Below are positions 1 to 7,528 of a stretch of 64,000 nt of DNA, in pieces (position 1 is the first letter of the stretch; each line of letters begins with the position of its first letter). The translations under genes and the position numbers were made by a program. The notes under the pieces were generated by a model. That model was given only the letters and a program-made list of their open reading frames with translations, did not search any database and was not told the origin of the DNA. Source of the DNA: an uncultured Gammaproteobacteria bacterium. GTDB lineage: Bacteria > Patescibacteriota > Microgenomatia > UBA12405. The stretch is from contig CAZJUH010000002.1 in the NCBI GenBank assembly GCA_964549165.1, positions 1,896 to 65,895 of the forward strand. Reading direction: 5' to 3'.

Positions 1-302
1 TTCGCGACCGCAAAACTCTCGCTGAAGACGGCATGTTCAGTGTTGTTTTAATGGTCAACAAAGAAGCTGGTATTCTATTCAAAGAGCCGATAATCCTTTC
101 CCGGGGTTTTGTTTTTATGAAAGAAAATACCGATCTTATCGATTATCTAAAAGAAGAAGTTGTCAAAAAATTTAGTGAAGTTATCAGTAAGCCGGCTAAT
201 TTCGAATATATTCGTACTGAAATTCAGGCCTATCTTGAAACTATAATCAAAGATAAAACAGGTCGAGAGCCAATGGTTTTACCTCTTATTATTGAAGTTT
301 AA
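1..302 (+). CDS. rnj: Ribonuclease J, C-terminal fragment (5' end lies outside the window)
   Basis: The ORF is open from the window edge. The tail ...ISRGFVFMKENTDL...REPMVLPLIIEV resembles the RNase J C-terminal domain. Confidence 0.5.
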   Translation, partial: RDRKTLAEDGMFSVVLMVNKEAGILFKEPIILSRGFVFMKENTDLIDYLKEEVVKKFSEVISKPANFEYIRTEIQAYLETIIKDKTGREPMVLPLIIEV

Positions 303-321
303 AATAGTTTTTATTAAATAA

Positions 322-357
322 TATTGTAGAGACGCATCATGATGCGTCTCTACAATA
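322..357. repeat. Perfect 36-nt palindrome TATTGTAGAGACGCATCAT|GATGCGTCTCTACAATA. Hairpin, probably a terminator, and a member of the GAGACGCAT palindromic repeat family.
   Basis: Seen directly: an 18-bp perfect stem immediately 3' of the rnj stop. The same arms recur inside alaS at 6459-6553. Confidence 0.7.
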
Positions 358-455
358 AAAAATATATTTCTATATTTCATTTGATAAACTTAATTGCTCG
401 CCTTTGTCTGCGATTTATCCCAGGCAGGACGAGCATTTTTGTTGTTTTATGTAGA

Positions 456-484
456 TTGGAGACAAAGATGAGCTGAGGTATAAT
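456..484 (+). promoter_or_regulatory. Sigma70-like promoter TTGGAG-17-TATAAT. The -10 ends 5 nt before the ATG at 490, so the transcript is possibly leaderless.
   Basis: Consensus -10 TATAAT at 479-484, a 17-nt spacer, and a 4/6 match at -35. Confidence 0.35.
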
Positions 485-489
485 CCTTC

Positions 490-768
490 ATGCCACTTTT
501 TGTAAAAGAAACCTCATCTAAGGGAGAGATTTGTGAATATACTCTAAATGATTTAGAGTACTCTTTTGTTACTGATTCCAATCAGGAAGTACAATTAACT
601 TTAGTAAGTAATCCTAAATTAGGCGGAGAAATAGAAACAAGGGAAGGGAAAAAATTTCACCTACCGTCTCTTATGGAAAATTCAAATCATTTACTCAATG
701 CTATTGAGTTTCGTTTTTTTAACAAAAAGGTTGAAATTCATTCTCTTGTTAAAGATACTAAAATTTAG
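490..768 (+). CDS. Hypothetical protein (92 aa)
   Basis: ORF lies downstream of a consensus promoter. No recognisable family. Confidence 0.4.
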   Translation: MPLFVKETSSKGEICEYTLNDLEYSFVTDSNQEVQLTLVSNPKLGGEIETREGKKFHLPSLMENSNHLLNAIEFRFFNKKVEIHSLVKDTKI

Positions 769-794
769 TTTATTTTTTACTGTTAAAATAACTC

Positions 795-2216
795 ATGGCT
801 AAATCACAGTTAAAGGATTTCAATACCAACCTCTCAGAATGGTTTACTGATGTTATTTTAAAATCAGAGCTTGCCGATTATGCCCCAGTTAAGGGCTGCA
901 TGATTATTCGTCCTTACGGCTATGCTCTTTGGGAGGGGATTCAGCAATTTTTAGATAAATTAATTAAGGAAAAAGGTGTTAAAAATGCCTATTTTCCGCT
1001 TTTTATCCCCATGCACTATTTGCAAAAAGAAAAAGAGCATGTCGAGGGCTTTTCTCCACAGCTGGCGGTGGTCACTATTGCTGGCGGTGAAGAGTTGACT
1101 GAGAAATTAGCTATTCGTCCCACTTCTGAAACCATCATATACGATATGTATAAAAAGTGGACATCGTCATGGCGCGATCTTCCAGTTTTAATTAACCAAT
1201 GGTGTAATATTGTCCGCTGGGAAAAAAGAACTTATCTATTTTTGAGAACTTCTGAATTTTTATGGCAAGAGGGTCACTGTGCCCATCTGACTCATGAAGA
1301 TTCAAATGAGATGGTGATATGGGCCTTAGATGCTTACGAAAAAACCTATCACGAATTAATGGCTATGTACGGAATCAAAGGTAAAAAAAGTCAATCAGAA
1401 AAATTTCCCGGTGCTGGTGATACCTATACTTTTGAATGTATGATGCCAAACGGCAAGGCTCTTCAGGCTTGTACTTCTCACGATCTTGGTCAAAATTTTT
1501 CCAAATCATTTGACTGGACCGTTCAGGATAAAAATGGTGAAAAAGCTTATCCTTGGCAAAATTCCTGGGGTCTATCAACAAGGGCTATCGGAGGTTTAAT
1601 TATGGCTCATGGTGATGAAAACGGCCTTAAACTGCCATCTCAAATTGCCCCCACTCAAATAGTCATTGTCCCCATACCTGGTCACGAAAAAGCCTTAAAT
1701 AAGGCCCAGGAAATTTTTTCTGATCTTAAAAAACAATTTAGAGTCGAAATAGACCTTGTTGACGGCGAAACTGCCGGCTTCAAATTTAACAAATGGGAAT
1801 TAAAAGGTATCCCTCTCAGACTTGAAATCGGAGACCGTGATGTCGCCAGTGACTCTGTTATTATTACTCGTCGAGATACCAGTGAAAAAATTACGGTAAA
1901 AAATGAAGATTGTAGTCTGAAGATTGAAGATTTACTAAAAGAAATTCAAAATAATTTATTTAATATTCACAAAAAATTTACCGAAGATCACACTTTTTCC
2001 ATTGATTCTTATGATGAATTTAAAAAAATTATGGACTCTTCTCGTGGTTTTATCAAGGCTCATTGGTGTGAAGACCCTCAGTGTGAAGCCGAAATAAAAA
2101 AAGACACTAAAGCTACTACTCGCTGTTTACCTCTTGATGCTCCAGAGGAAGAGGGGAAATGTATTCATTGTGGTCAGCCCTCTCATCACCGCTGGCTCTT
2201 TGCTTTGTCTTACTAA
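795..2216 (+). CDS. proS: Prolyl-tRNA synthetase, archaeal/eukaryotic-type class II, with a C-terminal Zn-binding motif
   Basis: Class II aaRS motifs are present, and the C-terminal CxxC...CIHCG tail is typical of archaeal-type ProRS. Confidence 0.9.
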   Translation: MAKSQLKDFNTNLSEWFTDVILKSELADYAPVKGCMIIRPYGYALWEGIQQFLDKLIKEKGVKNAYFPLFIPMHYLQKEKEHVEGFSPQLAVVTIAGGEELTEKLAIRPTSETIIYDMYKKWTSSWRDLPVLINQWCNIVRWEKRTYLFLRTSEFLWQEGHCAHLTHEDSNEMVIWALDAYEKTYHELMAMYGIKGKKSQSEKFPGAGDTYTFECMMPNGKALQACTSHDLGQNFSKSFDWTVQDKNGEKAYPWQNSWGLSTRAIGGLIMAHGDENGLKLPSQIAPTQIVIVPIPGHEKALNKAQEIFSDLKKQFRVEIDLVDGETAGFKFNKWELKGIPLRLEIGDRDVASDSVIITRRDTSEKITVKNEDCSLKIEDLLKEIQNNLFNIHKKFTEDHTFSIDSYDEFKKIMDSSRGFIKAHWCEDPQCEAEIKKDTKATTRCLPLDAPEEEGKCIHCGQPSHHRWLFALSY

Positions 2217-2220
2217 TTTT

Positions 2221-2254
2221 TTTTAGATTTTAGAATTTAGATTTTAGATTTTTC
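2221..2254. repeat. Tandem heptamer array (TTTTAGA x4, ending TTTAGATTTTTCC) immediately upstream of ftsK
   Basis: Seen directly. Related arrays occur at 5312-5331, 22521-22553 and 50964-51003. Confidence 0.5.
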
Positions 2255-2277
2255 CATTTTTACTCTATACTGTATTT

Positions 2278-4416
2278 ATGCCCCGCGGACGCAAGAAAAA
2301 TCGAATTCTCCCTACCCTAAAACTTAAGCCAGATACTGTCAAGTCAATTTTCTTCATCTTCTTTTTAATTTTGGCCATACTATCAGTATTTTCATTTCTT
2401 CAACAGGGGAGTATTGCTTCCGATGTAAACTTAATTTTAACTAAATATTTTGGGTGGGGTGCAGTTATGGTTCCCTTTTTATTTCTCCTTATCTCTTTTC
2501 TTTTTACAAAAGTTAAATCAGCTCTTCGCGAAGCCAATGTCTTTTTTGGTTTTTGTATTATGTTTTTTGCTCTTCTGGGTCTTTTCAAACAAGGATTTTT
2601 GGGTGCCTTCTTTTGGGAACAATTTTTAGCTTTATTTTCCGAAGTACTTACCTTTATTATTTTCTTTTTTGCTCTGATAGTCGGTTTTGTCGTTCTTTTT
2701 GATACTAATGTGGCTCAAATTTTTAAATTTTTTGCTCATCTTTTTCAAATGATTAAAAGATATTCGGTTGGCCAAAGCAATAAACTAAAAGATAAAAAAG
2801 CCAGAGAAATGGCTAAAAACCCCATCTATCAATCAGAAATGAATACCTCCTCTAGTTCTGAATTAAATCTAAATCGAGATAAAGATGTTTCAAAATCATC
2901 GTCAAAGGCTGATTTTGGAGTAGTCAATATTCCTCCCGTTATCAAAAATTCTTCTCCACTGACCTCTTCTGGCAATCAGACTTGGGTTTATCCCTCACTT
3001 TCAATTTTTGATAATACTCCCGGTGCCAAAGCAGATCGGGGAGATGTTCGTAAAAATGCTCAAATTATTGAGACAACATTAGAATCTTTCGGTATTACTG
3101 CTCGCGTTGCCGAAGTAAACGATAGTCCTTCTGTAACTCAATATGCCCTCGAGGTTTCTCTGGGGACAAAACTAGCCAAAATACTTTCTTTAAGCAACGA
3201 TCTAGCCATGGCCCTGGCTGCTCCTGGTGGCCAAATCAGAGTCGAAGCTCCCATTCCTGGAAGATCTCTTGTTGGTATTGAAATGCCAAACCGTTCTCTT
3301 GAAGTTGTCCCAATCAGGGCAATTTTGGAATCAGATATCATGAAAAATGCCAAAAGCAAAATTTCAGTTCCTCTTGGTCTTGATGTGGCTGGTCAGCCTA
3401 GAATTGCTGATATTTCCAAAATGCCTCACGTTTTAATTGCCGGTCAAACCGGCTCCGGAAAATCAATTTGTATTAATTCCTGGATTTCAACCCTACTTTT
3501 TCGAGCTTCTCCTGATGAAGTTCGTCTGATTATGGTGGATCCAAAACGGGTTGAACTTTCGCAGTACAATGGCATTCCCCATTTACTTACTCCTGTTATC
3601 GTTGAGCCAGAAAAAGTTGTTTCTGCCTTAAAATGGGCTGTTAATGAAATGGAGCATCGTTATAAGCTTTTTACCGAAGTTGGGGCAAAAAATATTGAAG
3701 GTTACAACAACATGTCAGGTTTTCAAGCTATTCCCTATATTTTGATTGTGATTGATGAGCTGGCCGAAATCATGCTTTTTTCTCCCGCCGAAGTTGAAGA
3801 CAATATCTGTCGTATTGCTCAAATGGCCCGGGCCGTCGGCATTCATTTAGTTTTAGCCACCCAGCGGCCATCAGTCAATATTATTACCGGTCTAATCAAG
3901 GCTAATATTCCAACTCGCATTGCCTTTGCTGTTGCCTCAATGACCGATTCTCGGGTCGTATTAGATACTCCAGGTGCCGAAAAATTACTTGGTCGGGGTG
4001 ACATGCTTTATATTCCTCCTGACTTGGCCAAGCCCGTCAGAATTCAGGGCTGTTTTATTTCCGATAAAGAAGTAAATCGCCTAATTGATTTTTTGAAAAC
4101 TCAGCGCAGTGGTGATTACAACGATGAAATCACAAAGCAGCCAGTTAGTAGTCCCAATTCAATTAGTAAAAATATGATGGTCAGTGATGGTGAGGAGCGC
4201 GATGCTGTCTTTGACGATGCCGTTAAATTAATTCAAGATACTGGCAAAGCGTCTGCCTCTTTTATGCAACGTCATTTAAAGCTTGGTTATGCCCGCGCCG
4301 CTAGAGTTCTTGATGAACTTCAAGCGGCTGGTATCGTTGGCCCAGTCAATGGTGCTAAGCCTCGAGAAATTTTAATTCCCCATAAAAGTTCTTCCGATAA
4401 TAATTTGGAAGAATAA
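2278..4416 (+). CDS. ftsK: DNA translocase FtsK/SpoIIIE
   Basis: N-terminal TM segments, Walker A GQTGSGKS, and a C-terminal gamma/winged-helix domain. Confidence 0.9.
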   Translation: MPRGRKKNRILPTLKLKPDTVKSIFFIFFLILAILSVFSFLQQGSIASDVNLILTKYFGWGAVMVPFLFLLISFLFTKVKSALREANVFFGFCIMFFALLGLFKQGFLGAFFWEQFLALFSEVLTFIIFFFALIVGFVVLFDTNVAQIFKFFAHLFQMIKRYSVGQSNKLKDKKAREMAKNPIYQSEMNTSSSSELNLNRDKDVSKSSSKADFGVVNIPPVIKNSSPLTSSGNQTWVYPSLSIFDNTPGAKADRGDVRKNAQIIETTLESFGITARVAEVNDSPSVTQYALEVSLGTKLAKILSLSNDLAMALAAPGGQIRVEAPIPGRSLVGIEMPNRSLEVVPIRAILESDIMKNAKSKISVPLGLDVAGQPRIADISKMPHVLIAGQTGSGKSICINSWISTLLFRASPDEVRLIMVDPKRVELSQYNGIPHLLTPVIVEPEKVVSALKWAVNEMEHRYKLFTEVGAKNIEGYNNMSGFQAIPYILIVIDELAEIMLFSPAEVEDNICRIAQMARAVGIHLVLATQRPSVNIITGLIKANIPTRIAFAVASMTDSRVVLDTPGAEKLLGRGDMLYIPPDLAKPVRIQGCFISDKEVNRLIDFLKTQRSGDYNDEITKQPVSSPNSISKNMMVSDGEERDAVFDDAVKLIQDTGKASASFMQRHLKLGYARAARVLDELQAAGIVGPVNGAKPREILIPHKSSSDNNLEE

Positions 4417-4421
4417 TCAAT

Positions 4422-5018
4422 ATGAAACGTGCTTCAACTATTCTCGAGTCTGCTCGCCTCGACCGGGAAATTGATTTTACTGATATTTGTAAAAAAACAA
4501 AAATTCCACTTCGCTATTTAATCGCCTTCGAAAATGAAAATACTAAAGATTTTCCCGAGGAGCCTTATTGTTCCCTAATGGTCAAGGACTATGCTGAGTT
4601 TTTAGGTTTAAATGGGGAAGAGCTTTTATCTCTATTTCGTCGCGATTATGATCGGCATCATCCCAATGTTGCCAAAAGTCGCTCCTTGTTTTCTTTAACC
4701 CCTCAATTTAGTTTTACCTTTTTTATTATTCTTCTCTCTCTATTTTTTGGTCTTTATTTAATCTCTGAATATTTAAAATTCAATCGCCCGCCTCATTTAG
4801 AAGTAAATTGGCCGGAGAATATTTCCGAGTCTTCAATTAAAATTTCCGGAAAAACTGATCCTGAGTCCACTGTTAAGATAAATGATTCTCTGGTCCTTGT
4901 TGATCTTGAGGGGAATTTTACCAAAGAACTTCAAATTTCTACACCTGAGGCTAAAATTATCATCGAAGCTAAATCTCCAGCTGGCAAAGTTACGATTGAT
5001 GAAAAAGTCCTAAAATAG
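4422..5018 (+). CDS. RodZ-like HTH (XRE) membrane protein
   Basis: N-terminal HTH, a single TM segment and a C-terminal beta-rich domain. Confidence 0.45.
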   Translation: MKRASTILESARLDREIDFTDICKKTKIPLRYLIAFENENTKDFPEEPYCSLMVKDYAEFLGLNGEELLSLFRRDYDRHHPNVAKSRSLFSLTPQFSFTFFIILLSLFFGLYLISEYLKFNRPPHLEVNWPENISESSIKISGKTDPESTVKINDSLVLVDLEGNFTKELQISTPEAKIIIEAKSPAGKVTIDEKVLK

Positions 5019-5032
5019 TCTATACTATTCTC

Positions 5033-5278
5033 ATGGATATCAATCAAATCGTCATCATCATTTCACTTTTGTCTATTTCCACCGTTGTTGTTATTGTCGG
5101 GATCTATCTCATTAAGTTAATAAAAGATCTAAGAGTAACAGTGGGTGAAACCAATAAAATCATTTCTTCAGTTTCTCAGCCTCTTTCTTCTTTTTCTGAA
5201 TTTTTAATGGGTTTCAGAAACGGTTTTTCTCTTTTTAATTCTTTTTTCAATAAAGACAAAAAAGAAAAAAATAATTAA
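5033..5278 (+). CDS. Small hypothetical membrane protein
   Basis: The N-terminal half has a single TM helix. No homology is recognisable. Confidence 0.3.
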   Translation: MDINQIVIIISLLSISTVVVIVGIYLIKLIKDLRVTVGETNKIISSVSQPLSSFSEFLMGFRNGFSLFNSFFNKDKKEKNN

Positions 5279-5311
5279 TTAATTTTTATTTGTTATTTAT
5301 TAATTATTCGA

Positions 5312-5331
5312 CTTTAGACTTTAGAATTTAA
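5312..5331. repeat. Short heptamer array (CTTTAGA x2 followed by ATTTAAT) upstream of ORF 5339
   Basis: Seen directly. Confidence 0.35.
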
Positions 5332-5338
5332 TAAATTT

Positions 5339-5701
5339 ATGTCTTGTTGTAATGATAAAGATTGCGATTGTCATCAACATAGTAGTTTTATTTTTGGTTT
5401 GATTATCGGCTTAGTTATCGCTGCTGTCGTTGCCATTGTTGTCTATAAAAATAACCGTGAAGTCGTCCTTTTAAAATTAAAAAAACAAATTGAAAAATTT
5501 ATTTCGGCCATAGGTCGATCTGCCTCTGGCGGAAAACCAAAATCAGAAGAAATTATCGAATCATTTATTACCCCTAATGTACCGAGAAAAAAAATTATCA
5601 AAAATATAAAGAAAGACGTTGTTATTCCTAAAAACCTAATTATTGCCGACACAACCCCGAAATCAATTTCCTCCAAGCCAAGGAAAATGTTTAAAAAATA
5701 A
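5339..5701 (+). CDS. Hypothetical membrane-anchored Lys-rich protein with a Cys/His-rich N-terminus. It contains a half-copy of the TCCGCC-NNN-GGCGGA element (5519-5533), which encodes RSASGG.
   Basis: TM helix plus the repeat-derived peptide. Confidence 0.35.
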   Translation: MSCCNDKDCDCHQHSSFIFGLIIGLVIAAVVAIVVYKNNREVVLLKLKKQIEKFISAIGRSASGGKPKSEEIIESFITPNVPRKKIIKNIKKDVVIPKNLIIADTTPKSISSKPRKMFKK

Positions 5702-7528
5702 TTGGAGTTTCCCTGCTATAATTCCTCTATGAACGCCAGGCAGTTAAAAGACATTTTTGTCAACTTTTTTGTTTCAAAGGGCCATGTCGAAATTCCCTCC
5801 GCCTCTCTTATTCCCGAAAACGATCCCACCACTCTTTTTATCTCTGCCGGCATGCATCCTTTAGTTCCTTATCTCTTGGGGCAGTCACACCCATTCGGAA
5901 AACGTTTAGTTAATGTTCAAAAATGTTTAAGAACCGGCGATATTGATGAAGTTGGCGACACCTTTCATCACACTTTTTTTGAAATGCTAGGCAACTGGTC
6001 ACTTGGTGATTATTTTAAAGAAGAAATGATTGCCATGTCTTATGAATTTTTAATCAAAATATTAAATTTAGACAAAAATAATCTCGAAGTAACCTGTTTT
6101 GCGGGTAATCAGTCTTCCGAAAAAGACGAAATTAGTGCCAGTAATTGGAAAAAATGTGGTATTCCAAAAAATAAAATAAAATTTATTACTGACAATTGGT
6201 GGGGTCCAGCTGGTACCACCGGTCCTTGTGGTCCGGACAGCGAAATGTTTTTTAATGGTCTTGAAATTTGGAATGACGTTTTTATGGAATTTAATAAAAA
6301 TGCCGACGGAACTTTTTCTAAATTAAAACAACAAAATGTTGATACTGGCATGGGAGTCGAAAGGACCACTGCTGTTTTATCCGGTCTTTCAGATAATTAT
6401 TTGACTCCTATTTGGCAGTCAATTATCAAAAAAATTGAAGAAATTTCGGGGAAATCATATGTAGAGACGAACTGCGTGCGTCTCTCTCAAACACAAAACG
6501 AAAATAACACATCACAAAACATTAAAGGAGACGCATACAATGCGTCTCTACAAATCCAAAAACCATTTCGTATTATTGCTGACCACATTCGTGCTGCTGT
6601 TTTTATCATTGCCGATGGAGTTGAGCCAAGTAACAAAGAAGCCGGATATGTTCTTCGCCGCCTTATTCGCCGGGCCATCCGTCAAGGAAAATTAATCGGA
6701 ATCGAAAATAATTTTCTAAAAATTGTCGCTCTGGTCGTTTTAGACAATCAAGATAATTATGCTGGAATTTATCCAGAACTTGATTTAAATAAAAATAAAA
6801 TATTAGAAACTTTAGAAGCCGAAGAAATTAGATTTCGTCGTACTCTTAACAAAGGTCTCGGTGAAATAACTAAACTAATTGATCGACAAAAAAATGTTTC
6901 TGGCAAACAGGCTTTTGATTTATATCAGTCTTTTGGTTTCCCGGTCGAAATGATTGCTGAAGAATTAAAAAAGAATAATTTATCCTTAGATTTGGCCGAA
7001 TTTAATCGTCTTAAAGATGAGCATCAAAAACAATCTCAAACTCTTTCGGCGGGCAAATTTAAATCAGGTCTTGCCGATCACAGTGAGATTATCACCAAAT
7101 ATCACACCGCCACTCATCTTTTACATGCTGCCCTGCGACAAGTTTTGGGCAAGCATGTTGAGCAGTCTGGTTCAAATATAACTGCTGAGAGGTTGCGTTT
7201 TGACTTTTTCCACCTTGAAAAAGTTTCCGATCTTGAGTTAAAAGAAATTGAAAAACTCATCAATGAACAAATAAATTTAAAATTGCCAGTTACAGTGGAG
7301 TCGATGAAATTTACTGATGTTAAAAAATCTGGGGCTCTGGCCTTTTTTGGCGCTAAATATCCGGAAATTGTTACTGTCTATATCATTGGTGATCCCAAAA
7401 AATATTTTTCCAAAGAAGTCTGTACCGGTCCCCACGTTGATAATACCGGTAAACTCGGAATTTTTGAGATTCAAAAAGAAGAATCCGCGGGTAGTGGCAA
7501 GCGCCGGATTTATGCTATTCTTAAGTAA
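5702..7528 (+). CDS. alaS: Alanyl-tRNA synthetase, ending after the editing domain (no C-Ala domain). The start is probably at 5729.
   Basis: N-terminal catalytic-domain motifs (FHHTFFEMLGNWSLGDYFK) and editing-domain HxxxH (HTATHLLHAAL). Only 608 aa, ending KRRIYAILK. Confidence 0.85.
   Translation: MEFPCYNSSMNARQLKDIFVNFFVSKGHVEIPSASLIPENDPTTLFISAGMHPLVPYLLGQSHPFGKRLVNVQKCLRTGDIDEVGDTFHHTFFEMLGNWSLGDYFKEEMIAMSYEFLIKILNLDKNNLEVTCFAGNQSSEKDEISASNWKKCGIPKNKIKFITDNWWGPAGTTGPCGPDSEMFFNGLEIWNDVFMEFNKNADGTFSKLKQQNVDTGMGVERTTAVLSGLSDNYLTPIWQSIIKKIEEISGKSYVETNCVRLSQTQNENNTSQNIKGDAYNASLQIQKPFRIIADHIRAAVFIIADGVEPSNKEAGYVLRRLIRRAIRQGKLIGIENNFLKIVALVVLDNQDNYAGIYPELDLNKNKILETLEAEEIRFRRTLNKGLGEITKLIDRQKNVSGKQAFDLYQSFGFPVEMIAEELKKNNLSLDLAEFNRLKDEHQKQSQTLSAGKFKSGLADHSEIITKYHTATHLLHAALRQVLGKHVEQSGSNITAERLRFDFFHLEKVSDLELKEIEKLINEQINLKLPVTVESMKFTDVKKSGALAFFGAKYPEIVTVYIIGDPKKYFSKEVCTGPHVDNTGKLGIFEIQKEESAGSGKRRIYAILK
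6459..6553. repeat. Composite in-frame insertion in alaS made of two GAGACG...CGTCTC hairpins. Hairpin A is arms 6463-6469 with 6479-6485. Hairpin B is 6528-6536 with 6540-6548. They flank a 36-nt AC-rich core.
   Basis: Seen directly. The arms match the intergenic palindrome at 322-357 (TGTAGAGACGCAT / ATGCGTCTCTACAA). The encoded segment VETNCVRLSQTQNENNTSQNIKGDAYNASLQIQ lies where AlaS normally has a short linker before R[IV]IADH. Confidence 0.6.

Noticed and set aside
1375-1581. Antisense and alternative-frame ORFs from the six-frame track nested inside well-supported genes. Examples: 1375-1581, 2400-2588, 3138-3359, 6109-6369, 6487-6678, 15509-15993, 16338-16754, 17195-17554, 28106-28618, 34168-34697, 43001-43520, 47233-47421.
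   Set aside because: Each lies wholly inside a conserved gene on the other strand or frame. They have low-complexity or Arg/Ser-biased composition typical of an antisense reading, and no independent start context.
2221-2254. Heptamer arrays considered as a possible CRISPR array.
   Set aside because: The units are 7 nt with no spacers and only 4-5 copies, and no cas genes are present. This is not CRISPR.
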